A stretch of 26,737 bases of DNA from the NCBI GenBank assembly GCA_033762115.1, contig JANRLX010000121.1:1-26737 (forward strand), in the 5' to 3' direction. A program made the position numbers and the translations under genes. Source of the DNA: Verrucomicrobiota bacterium (GTDB lineage Bacteria > Verrucomicrobiota > Verrucomicrobiia > Limisphaerales > SXQI01). The notes under the pieces are model-generated. The model was not told where the DNA came from. It saw only the letters and a list, made by a program, of their open reading frames with translations, and searched no databases. Numbering within the stretch: the first letter of the stretch is position 1; each line of letters opens with the position of its first letter. Of this stretch, positions 17,968 to 25,803 are shown in pieces.

Positions 17968-18776
17968 TGTTTACGACGGTAAAACCTCACAAAAGCCAGC
18001 CCAATTCCAAGCGTTATTAAACTCCAGGTACTCGGTTCCGGGACGACTGAAACAAATCCATCGATGTCAGATTTTCCTGACAAAACCTCTATCCGCAAAT
18101 ATTGGATGGAGGATAACCCGACCGGCAACCCCTCCGCATCGATCGCCCAATCCAGATTATAACCTGTGCCACCTGCTGAACCTCCATAAAGGGCACGAAT
18201 CGCCGTGAGGTCCTTTCCGGAAAAATCCGTTCCGGTCAGTGAGGGATCAACTGGAATCGTGAAATTGCCGCTCCCATCTGTGGGAAACAATCCATCCACA
18301 ACCGGAGCGAGCGAAGGATTCAAGGCATAATAGGTGATATTGTCCTCGCTCACAGAAACCCTGGTTGTACCAGTATTGTTACCGAACAATGTGCCATCTC
18401 CAACTCCACCGCCTGAATAATTCCCATTGGTGATCGTGAAGCCACTCCCCCCAAAAATCAGGAAATCAATCCCAAAGGGATTGGCGGCATTGTTGAGCAC
18501 TGGTCCGCCAAAGCGAACTGTCAATGAACCGTTGGCACCGATGGATACCAATTGCTCCGCCAAATAAGGTGGAGCATAGGGGTCCACCGGCCCTCCGAAC
18601 TCACCGGGAGTGACTCGGGATGGTTCTCCCAGGGAGGAATTGGGATTTGTGTATCCGCTGGTTACGCCCGTTCCCGGTGTATAGGAAATGACCTCTGTGG
18701 CAAAGTGTTGCCCGAAACTTGAAACAACTTGCGAACACGCAACCAACAGTACAGCTGCGATCTTGATATGCTGCAT
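17964..18776 (-). CDS. PEP-CTERM cell-surface protein, candidate cobalamin-binding protein
   Basis: Signal peptide; C-terminal VPEPSTWSLITLGIGLAFVRFYRRKQ (PEP, TM, basic tail); GAAAGG RBS; first gene after the B12 riboswitch. Confidence 0.92.
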   Translation of the reverse strand: MQHIKIAAVLLVACSQVVSSFGQHFATEVISYTPGTGVTSGYTNPNSSLGEPSRVTPGEFGGPVDPYAPPYLAEQLVSIGANGSLTVRFGGPVLNNAANPFGIDFLIFGGSGFTITNGNYSGGGVGDGTLFGNNTGTTRVSVSEDNITYYALNPSLAPVVDGLFPTDGSGNFTIPVDPSLTGTDFSGKDLTAIRALYGGSAGGTGYNLDWAIDAEGLPVGLSSIQYLRIEVLSGKSDIDGFVSVVPEPSTWSLITLGIGLAFVRFYRRKQ

Positions 18777-18834
18777 GACTGACCTTTCATAGTGCCCCGT
18801 CAGGGGAATTTAATTGGGAGGCCAGCCCAGGATT

Positions 18835-18872
18835 AAAAGCAAAAGCCTTCATCCCGGGCAGAGAATGAAGGC
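18835..18872 (-). terminator. Intrinsic terminator/attenuator in the riboswitch leader
   Basis: Minus strand GCCTTCATTCT-CTGCCC-GGGATGAAGGC (11 bp stem including two G:U pairs) followed by TTTTGCTTTT; lies between the aptamer and the first ATG. Confidence 0.8.
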
Positions 18873-18964
18873 ATTCATACGACATACAAAATCGGTTTGC
18901 ATGTGCTGGCCTCATCCTTCTCTTAGCGGAGAAGTGACCTGTATAAACAGGTCCGACGAGAGCA

Positions 18965-19125
18965 TCGCAACCGGTATCCTGACTTCGGGCATGCCTCGCT
19001 TCTGCCTTCCTGATTTCTCAGTGGATATAGAAGTTTGTGTCCCGTTACAGTGGCGCTACCGTCCTCGATTTGCACGAGGTTCCCAGACGTTGCAACGCTG
19101 ATTGTGAATCACCGGTCATGAACCG
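18965..19125 (-). promoter_or_regulatory. Cobalamin (B12) riboswitch
   Basis: Minus strand GGGAA-CCTCGTGCAAATCGAGG hairpin-ACGGTAGCGCCACTGTAA, then CCACTG..GGAAGG, then the B12 box AAGTCAGGATACCGG. Boundaries approximate. Confidence 0.92.
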
Positions 19126-19192
19126 GATGACCACCGCTTTCAAAGAACGTGGGTGACGATGGACATTATCAACTGATCTGCCAAGAAAATTT

Positions 19193-19221
19193 TGTAACGA
19201 ACGGCACTTGAACTGAGTTCT
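19193..19221 (+). promoter_or_regulatory. Possible ECF-sigma promoter of the ECF operon
   Basis: TGTAAC...GTTCT just upstream of ATG 19230; AAC-containing -35 elements are typical of ECF promoters. Weak by-eye match. Confidence 0.35.
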
Positions 19222-19229
19222 CTCATTAT

Positions 19230-20153
19230 ATGAAACGATTACATCAAATCCTTACTGTCTCCATTCTATTCAGTTCCTTGCAAGCTGCCCCTTTGCAGCC
19301 TTCACGGATCTCAGAGAATGCTCGCTGGTTTCTTCACCTGGACGTGGATGCCTTGCGTAAAACCGCCATCGGCAGTGAAATTATCAAAAAAGCAAATATG
19401 GAACTGGCGCGCACCCTTGAAGGGAAAGGGGCGAAACTGGATTTCTCCACCGATAAGTTGCATTCCATTACCGCTTATGGACTTACTTATGCTGGAGGTT
19501 CTGAGCCGGAAGGAGTCCTGTTGCTGGATACGACAGCGAACGTAATCAATGATTTCAAAACGGTCGCATCCACAATGGCGCCGAATGGGCTCGTGCCGTT
19601 CGATAAAGTCCCCAACTCTGTTCATGAAACTTACCTGCTGGCAGATGATCTGTATGTCAGCAAAGTGTCCGACAGCCTTTATCTCGTGGGCAAATCCAAC
19701 GACCGGATCAAAGATGCGCATCAGGTGCTGGGAGGAGGTTCCAAATCCCTTGCCACCGGGAATTCCTTTTTAACGCAGCTGGGAACCCCCGGGGAATCAT
19801 TTTTCTTCATGGCTGCCGGCAAGGCATTCAAAGAGAGTCCTGACAAAGCTCCCCATGCAGCCATCCTGAAAAATGCGGAAGCGGCGCGATTGGTGGTTAC
19901 AGAGCATGGAGATCAGACGGCGCTGACTTTATCCATTGCTGCCGAGTCGAGCGAAGTCTTGAAGCAAATGCAGGAGGCTATCCAGGGGATCGTTGCCCTG
20001 GTAACTCTCACGCAAAGTGAAAACAAGGAACTCGTATCGCTGGTTCAAAAATTAAAAATTTCCACTCAGGATAAACTGATCACTTTAAATGTGCAGGTGC
20101 CCACCACGGAAATTCTCAAGAAAATGAATATCCAGGCCGGAGCGGGCAAGTAA
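19230..20153 (+). CDS. Secreted/periplasmic hypothetical protein
   Basis: Signal peptide MKRLHQILTVSILFSSLQA|AP; 307 aa; 11 nt before the ECF sigma gene. Confidence 0.85.
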   Translation: MKRLHQILTVSILFSSLQAAPLQPSRISENARWFLHLDVDALRKTAIGSEIIKKANMELARTLEGKGAKLDFSTDKLHSITAYGLTYAGGSEPEGVLLLDTTANVINDFKTVASTMAPNGLVPFDKVPNSVHETYLLADDLYVSKVSDSLYLVGKSNDRIKDAHQVLGGGSKSLATGNSFLTQLGTPGESFFFMAAGKAFKESPDKAPHAAILKNAEAARLVVTEHGDQTALTLSIAAESSEVLKQMQEAIQGIVALVTLTQSENKELVSLVQKLKISTQDKLITLNVQVPTTEILKKMNIQAGAGK

Positions 20154-20164
20154 TTGGAAGGGAC

Positions 20165-20722
20165 ATGGATTCCTGTGAGACAGATCGAGTTCCTGAGAAA
20201 TTGAACGATCTGGAACTGATCCAGCGCTGTCAGACTGAAGGTCCGTCCGCATTTGAAGAGATTATTCTTCGATACCAAAACAGACTGTTCTCTTTCCTTT
20301 GCAGCAGGATGCGCAACCAGGCGGATGCTCAGGATGCGCTTCAGGAGACTTTTTTAAAAGCATATCGGCACCTGGTTTCATTTCGGGGGGAGAACCTTGC
20401 GCCGTGGCTTTTTACCATCGCAAGAAACACTGCGTTTTCCTTTTACCGAGGTGACACCATCCAGGAAGAATTATCTCCCACTCTCCCATCGAGCAGCCCT
20501 GGCCCTGCTGAGGAAAGTGAATCCCGGGACCAGCAAGACAGGATCTGGCAGCTCGCCCGTGAATTGAAGGCGCAGGAGTTCGAAGTGCTTTGGTTGCGAT
20601 ATGCCGAACACCTGGATTTGCCAGCAGTTGCTGAAATTATGGGAATCAGTGAAGTCAACACTCGCGTGCTTCTCTTCCGGGCTCGCAAAAAACTTGGGAA
20701 GAAGTTATCATTAAACAGGTGA
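20165..20722 (+). CDS. ECF RNA polymerase sigma-70 factor
   Basis: Region 2 DAQDALQETFLKAY..F..WLFTIARN; region 4 VLWLRY...VAEIMGISEVNTRVLLFRARKKL. Confidence 0.95.
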   Translation: MDSCETDRVPEKLNDLELIQRCQTEGPSAFEEIILRYQNRLFSFLCSRMRNQADAQDALQETFLKAYRHLVSFRGENLAPWLFTIARNTAFSFYRGDTIQEELSPTLPSSSPGPAEESESRDQQDRIWQLARELKAQEFEVLWLRYAEHLDLPAVAEIMGISEVNTRVLLFRARKKLGKKLSLNR

Positions 20723-20725
20723 TTT

Positions 20726-21268
20726 ATGTTTGGATTGATGTTTACCTGCAGATTGGAGCAGAAACGAATTTTGGCTGCCTTTGATGAAGGGCGCCAACTT
20801 TCGGTTTCCACCCGGACTCACCTGCGCAATTGCCAAAGATGCCAACAGTTCCATGCGCAACAGAAGGAGCTCCAGGAATTAATTCAGGAAAAACCCCTTG
20901 AGCAAGCGCTCCCGGCGAATTTTTCAACCCGGCTCTTGAATCAGCTTCATGCAGAAGGTTCTTTAAAAAGTCCAAAACGCGCGCCTTCATTACCGCTGGC
21001 ATGGGGTGTTTCGCTTGCCCTTGCCGCTTTCATGATTGGTCTTATTCTTGCCCGGAGCGGCAATCGAATTTCATCAGGAAAAGAACAAAGGGCCGAGACG
21101 ATTCAACTGATTGCAACGAATGCCTTGCCTGCCGGTGAAAAAATCCTCGCCTACAGCGCGAAGCTCGAGCAGCCCATGAAATCTGAAATTGATGCGTTGC
21201 TTTTTGACACGAAGACCGCTGTTCGATCACTCGCAATGCAATTTCTTCCGGAATCGACGATGGATTAG
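20726..21268 (+). CDS. Putative zinc-binding (ZAS) transmembrane anti-sigma factor
   Basis: HLRNCQRC (HxxxCxxC) plus an upstream Cys; single TM (LAWGVSLALAAFMIGLILA); 3 nt after the sigma gene. Confidence 0.85.
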   Translation: MFGLMFTCRLEQKRILAAFDEGRQLSVSTRTHLRNCQRCQQFHAQQKELQELIQEKPLEQALPANFSTRLLNQLHAEGSLKSPKRAPSLPLAWGVSLALAAFMIGLILARSGNRISSGKEQRAETIQLIATNALPAGEKILAYSAKLEQPMKSEIDALLFDTKTAVRSLAMQFLPESTMD

Positions 21269-21280
21269 AGCTGAGTTGAG

Positions 21281-21904
21281 CTACTCAGGCAGGGCACTTA
21301 ATTCCGCAGCGCTCCATGGTTCGGTTCGGCTGCCGGTATCAGATCGAACGGCTTTCACTTGTTCAGTGGAAATTGCCGGAGCCTTGTTGCCCCATGTCTG
21401 TCGAATATAAGTCAATAAGTCCGCCAGCTGTTCGTCGGTAAAAGCGGCCCCCATCGCAGGCATCGCCGCGTTCCAATCCTCTCCCTTTACTTTGATCGGG
21501 CCAGCCAAACCATGCAAAGGAATGCGAATCAGGCGACCAGGGCTTCCAGTGACCCACTCGGAACCGGCTAACGGTGGAAATTGACCGGGCGTTCCCAAAC
21601 CGTTTGGTTGATGACATAGAACACATCCCGTTTTGTAATGTTGTTCACCACGCGCCAGACGAACCTCATCGCCTGATTTGGGATTAGCATCCCGAACTGC
21701 CGCAATCGATTTATAAGGAGGATAAACTTTGGAATTAAACCCTCCCGCTGCCTGGTCCAGGTAAACGAGTCCCCAAAACAGGAGAATTGCCAGAAGCACA
21801 AAGAACCAAATCGGAATTTCCTGGTCGGACACCGTAGGCTCAGCTAATTGGATTTGTTTTCCAACGGACGCTTTGGAAGCAGGCTGTGATTTCTTCGGCT
21901 TCAT
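21281..21904 (-). CDS. Membrane-anchored monoheme cytochrome c
   Basis: N-terminal TM, CVLCH heme motif, GQFPPLAGS and AMPAM axial Met; ATGA overlap with ccoO. Confidence 0.93.
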   Translation of the reverse strand: MKPKKSQPASKASVGKQIQLAEPTVSDQEIPIWFFVLLAILLFWGLVYLDQAAGGFNSKVYPPYKSIAAVRDANPKSGDEVRLARGEQHYKTGCVLCHQPNGLGTPGQFPPLAGSEWVTGSPGRLIRIPLHGLAGPIKVKGEDWNAAMPAMGAAFTDEQLADLLTYIRQTWGNKAPAISTEQVKAVRSDTGSRTEPWSAAELSALPE

Positions 21905-22602
21905 TGCGGAACAGCGTTGCTCGCTCCAGCTGGAGCATTTGTCAAAGTCGCAGTGGGCGCATTTGTATTGATTGAGGGCGCTGCGTTTGTCTTCGGAGGC
22001 GCTTCAAAGACAGGTGTGCTTGCGTTCAAACTCAGGAGGTAGGCGACCAGCGCCACAGCTTCAGGAGTTGGAACAATGACAGAACCATCTTTGGGCGCAA
22101 ATGCAGGAGGTATTTGCAACGCATTCGATGCCTCTGTGCCAGCTTTCCTTTTTTCAAACAGATAAGGATAAGGAGCCATGTTGGATTTCGGCACTTTGAT
22201 TTTTGGATTGTAAAGATGGAGCAGGTGCCAGTTGGCGTCCGGGATGCGAGCTCCCACATTCGCCAGGTCCGGCCCCAGCCGCTGCGAACCCGTCATTGCA
22301 ACATCCTCGTAAAGAAAATCCTTGGCCACCGTGTGGCGAGTTCCCCAGCCACGTTGTTGATCATTCCCCTGCCCTTCACTTCGAACCTGTTGCGTATGGC
22401 AGGCATAACAACCATTGGCCCGATACACCTCTGCTCCTTTACGAGCAAGACCATTGCGCTGAAATGGATAAACCGCCTGGGTAATCTGGTTCGTGTCCGG
22501 CGTCATTGCTACCGTGTGCCGGTAAGGTGTAAAGATCAGCCCGAACCAACTCCATCCCATCGTGATGAGCAGGCCCAGGAATATCAGCGGTCCATGCTTC
22601 AT
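21901..22602 (-). CDS. ccoO: cbb3-type cytochrome c oxidase subunit II (CcoO-like)
   Basis: GAEVYRANGCYACHTQQVR, GSQRLGPDLANVG and HLYNP...SNMAPY. Confidence 0.92.
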   Translation of the reverse strand: MKHGPLIFLGLLITMGWSWFGLIFTPYRHTVAMTPDTNQITQAVYPFQRNGLARKGAEVYRANGCYACHTQQVRSEGQGNDQQRGWGTRHTVAKDFLYEDVAMTGSQRLGPDLANVGARIPDANWHLLHLYNPKIKVPKSNMAPYPYLFEKRKAGTEASNALQIPPAFAPKDGSVIVPTPEAVALVAYLLSLNASTPVFEAPPKTNAAPSINTNAPTATLTNAPAGASNAVPQ

Positions 22603-24059
22603 CGGCTACCTCCCCCGACCCAATCGCCACAGCACTCCATGCAGGAGTTGCGGGTCAACTCATACAAATCACGAAGCATCATCAATCCACAAATAATCAG
22701 GATCAATACACCGATCATTGAGATTCCCACGAATGGCAACGTTTTGCGGGTGGCCTCCACAAATGGCAGGGAAGAATTCGCCAACGCATTTCCCTGGACG
22801 ATCCCCCCAAGCAGAAGCGGGAGAATCAGCAACAATGTGCCCGCAATCATCATTGTCGGAAAAGCTTTGCCAGTACTCAATGAACTGGGGGCGCTGTTAA
22901 AAAGCGTAGGGACAATTCCGATCATCGCCGCGACCGCTGCCAGAGTGAAAAACCCATAAAATGTCCCCTGCGCAAGCCCTTGCGGCCAGAGTGTATAAGC
23001 CAGCAGTTCCGCAAACTGCGGAACATTCCGTGAGGTTTGGGGAACGCCGCTCAAAGCTGCCAAAACAACGCCAATGACAAAAATCAGGGAGGCAAACCGG
23101 ACCATCCTTAAAATACCCGCGAAGGATGAATTCTTCGTTGGCGCATAGGTTTGATGCCAGGCAAGCCCCATTCCCAGGGCAGGCACGGTGGATAAAACCG
23201 CCGCAACGGCGCTAAGTGCTGGCAGCCATCGTGGCACTGCTGCCTGATATTGAAAGCCCGTCAGGCTGGAAAACAGGACCCATGCCCAAAAAGAAAATAC
23301 AGCGGCACTGTACCCGGCGAGAGGTTTGCCTGAAAGTTTGGGGAGAAAATAATAGACCACTGCTGCTCCAACGGGCACAAGCCATAAAGCAACAATGTTG
23401 TTTGAAAACCAGGTTGCAATGATCGGTTGCAAGGCACCGCTGACCGGCTCCGCCTGCAATAAAATATATCCAGCGGCAAACACCCAAACAAAAAAGAAAA
23501 TCGCAGCGAGAATCCACCACATGGATGGATACAGATCGCGTTCTGTCCGTCGATGAAAGGTGATCAACGCACAAATTCCATAAAGGAAGAAGGCGAGCAA
23601 TATGAAAGAAGCAGCAGAGCGGGGAAGATCAAACCGGTCCAGGCCGGTAAGATTGCCTCCCAAAATTGCGACCACCCCAATCAATACGGTTAAATTCCAA
23701 AGAGCTCCAACCAGCAACAAGGTTGTTTTGCCGAATAACAATGTGCGTCCCAGCCGGCAAATCATCCAAAGAATCAATCCCATTGCTGCCTGGGAAGCAA
23801 AACCGTAAAGAAGCATGGCGGATTGGGCAGGAACAAGCCGCCCATAAGTGAGTGCAGGAACACCCGCCATCATTGCGGGAGCATGCAATTTTATCAGGCT
23901 GAGCAGATAAACCAGGTTGCCAAGGACGAACCAGCCAATCGCCCCAGTGAAAAAGAGCAGGACAGGTAAACGCACTGACAGATCACTCTGCTCCGCGCTG
24001 GGCGGATTCACCAGAATTTCAGAAACTGGCTGGGGCTTTGGTGTGGCGTAAACAGTCAT
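22599..24059 (-). CDS. ccoN: cbb3-type oxidase subunit I homolog (CcoN-like), predicted non-catalytic
   Basis: TYGRLVP, LYPSMWWI, YYFLPKLSGKPL and YTLW landmarks with about 12 hydrophobic segments; the His ligand positions are substituted. Confidence 0.85.
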   Translation of the reverse strand: MTVYATPKPQPVSEILVNPPSAEQSDLSVRLPVLLFFTGAIGWFVLGNLVYLLSLIKLHAPAMMAGVPALTYGRLVPAQSAMLLYGFASQAAMGLILWMICRLGRTLLFGKTTLLLVGALWNLTVLIGVVAILGGNLTGLDRFDLPRSAASFILLAFFLYGICALITFHRRTERDLYPSMWWILAAIFFFVWVFAAGYILLQAEPVSGALQPIIATWFSNNIVALWLVPVGAAVVYYFLPKLSGKPLAGYSAAVFSFWAWVLFSSLTGFQYQAAVPRWLPALSAVAAVLSTVPALGMGLAWHQTYAPTKNSSFAGILRMVRFASLIFVIGVVLAALSGVPQTSRNVPQFAELLAYTLWPQGLAQGTFYGFFTLAAVAAMIGIVPTLFNSAPSSLSTGKAFPTMMIAGTLLLILPLLLGGIVQGNALANSSLPFVEATRKTLPFVGISMIGVLILIICGLMMLRDLYELTRNSCMECCGDWVGGGSR

Positions 24060-24070
24060 TCAGTGTCCGT

Positions 24071-24484
24071 TTACTCGAAATCACTCGGCTTTTCAGGTGC
24101 CTTTGGGGCAGGCGCAGTTGCCTTTTCCACGCGGGCAATAAGATTTGACCTTGCGGCCGCAGGATTGGCGGCTGATTGCAATGAAAGTTGCATCGCCCGT
24201 TCGATTGGCATTCGGACGACTCCACGGTTTTTGTCCACATAACCGTAGCTGCCCAAAGCCTGGGTCGTTTCAGCTCGTAAAGCCATGCTGGCTTCACGAC
24301 GTGCTGCCGCGCGTTGTTCAGAAACCGATTTGCTTTCCCGTTGGGACTTCACCATGACTCTCAGCAAAACCGTCATGATGAGAAATGTTCCGACAATCGC
24401 CACGATATTGACGATCGTGCGCACTCGCCCCGAGTTGCCTGAAGCAGAACCTGAACTGCTGACAGTTGAAATGGGAGTTGCCAT
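24071..24484 (-). CDS. ACIII-associated single-TM protein (ActG-like)
   Basis: One TM; SYGYVDKNRGVVRMPIERAMQL resembles the motif I recall from small ACIII-cluster subunits; ATG 1 nt after the actF stop with GGAGG RBS. Confidence 0.7.
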   Translation of the reverse strand: MATPISTVSSSGSASGNSGRVRTIVNIVAIVGTFLIMTVLLRVMVKSQRESKSVSEQRAAARREASMALRAETTQALGSYGYVDKNRGVVRMPIERAMQLSLQSAANPAAARSNLIARVEKATAPAPKAPEKPSDFE

Positions 24485-24485
24485 A

Positions 24486-25802
24486 TTAATGTCCTCCTGA
24501 GCTTGGCTGAGCAACCGATATGGGAGAAACGCCCAATGATTCCTGGTGAGTCACCGCTTCGATGAGTCGCGGGTCTTTGATCGGGTATGGTGGATTCTTG
24601 GCGTAGTTTACAAAGAACATTTTTGTCAGCAACGCTCCAATCCCACCCACTACAAGAATGTCCCAAAGCGTGAAATGCACCCCATTCGGATAAAGCACCG
24701 GCATGACGTTGAATGCCATGTCGAGGTAATGCATGACCCAGACCAGCACGATCAGAGGCAGCATCACCCACCAGGTCAACTTTGCATCAATCCGCAACAA
24801 AAGGACAAAAGGCACGGCGAAATGGATGAAGATCAACGAATAACCCACAGCCGCCCATGAGCCACGTTCACGCAGAACATACCAAAACGTTTCTTCGGGA
24901 ATGGCTGCATTCCAAATCAAAAAATATTGTGAGAAATGAATGTAGGCGTAAAAAACCGTGAACGCAAACAAGAGGACGCCGATGTCATGCATCTGGCGGC
25001 GAAAGATCACTTCCTTCAGGACTCCAAAACGAAATTTATTAATCAGGAAGTAGATCGTGCCAAGCGCCACCCAGGTGCTTCCTGCAAAGTAATAAACACC
25101 GTACATTGTGGAAAAGAATTGATGCTGAAGCGATTTCATCCAATAGATCGCAGCCAGCGTTACGCTAAATGCAAAAATGAACACTCCGGCAGCAGCAAGA
25201 CGACGTGATTTGTAAGTCCAAACCGGTGACCCGTCCTTGTCCTGCATCAGGGAGTAGCGGCGAAAACTGAGCGCCATCCAACTCCAGATTCCTAAAATCG
25301 CAAAGGAAACCACATAAAAAGTCGGTTTATTAAACAGCACCTTTTTGACATGGAGCGCATGATCCGCTGCAGGATCAATGTTCATCCATGGATAAATTTG
25401 CGGGGCCAACAATGCGATGGGAATAAACAGGAGCAACATCCAGGGGAGCAGCGCCGCAATTTGTTCCGTGACTCGGCGAACCGGCACAGACCAGCCCGCA
25501 TCAAACAAATGATGCAAAATCACGAGGATCAGTGAACCAAGGCAAATGCTCAGGAAAAACATGTAGGCAGTCAGATAGGAATAGCCAAACTGCTTCACTG
25601 TCGTGACTTCGGTGTGATAAACAGGAAGATGACCTCCTCCGTCGTGCACACCTGTTGCAGATTTTTCCATGGGCGGCTGCCCGGGGGAGTTTGCAGCTGA
25701 AACGTCACCAGTCACTCCGATAAAAAGCATCCAGAACAGCGCAACCGCACAAAGCTGTCGCACAGATCGTCGTGGGAAAATTGAACTAAGGTTCAAAATC
25801 AT
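24486..25802 (-). CDS. actF: Alternative complex III membrane subunit ActF (NrfD-like)
   Basis: HHLFDAGWSVPVRRVTE, IYPW, WMKSLQHQFFSTMYG and YIHFSQYFLIWNAAIPEETFWY; follows actE. Confidence 0.85.
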   Translation of the reverse strand: MILNLSSIFPRRSVRQLCAVALFWMLFIGVTGDVSAANSPGQPPMEKSATGVHDGGGHLPVYHTEVTTVKQFGYSYLTAYMFFLSICLGSLILVILHHLFDAGWSVPVRRVTEQIAALLPWMLLLFIPIALLAPQIYPWMNIDPAADHALHVKKVLFNKPTFYVVSFAILGIWSWMALSFRRYSLMQDKDGSPVWTYKSRRLAAAGVFIFAFSVTLAAIYWMKSLQHQFFSTMYGVYYFAGSTWVALGTIYFLINKFRFGVLKEVIFRRQMHDIGVLLFAFTVFYAYIHFSQYFLIWNAAIPEETFWYVLRERGSWAAVGYSLIFIHFAVPFVLLLRIDAKLTWWVMLPLIVLVWVMHYLDMAFNVMPVLYPNGVHFTLWDILVVGGIGALLTKMFFVNYAKNPPYPIKDPRLIEAVTHQESLGVSPISVAQPSSGGH

Positions 25803-25803
25803 A

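Noticed and set aside
22114..22959. 281-aa plus-strand ORF; also 1762..2394, 2470..2952 and 14154..15054
   Set aside because: Antisense or alternative-frame shadows of well-supported genes.
22599..24059. Calling the ccoN-like gene a pseudogene or a functional cbb3 oxidase
   Set aside because: The frame is full-length, uninterrupted and coupled to ccoO, so it is not a pseudogene; the missing ligands argue against an active oxidase.
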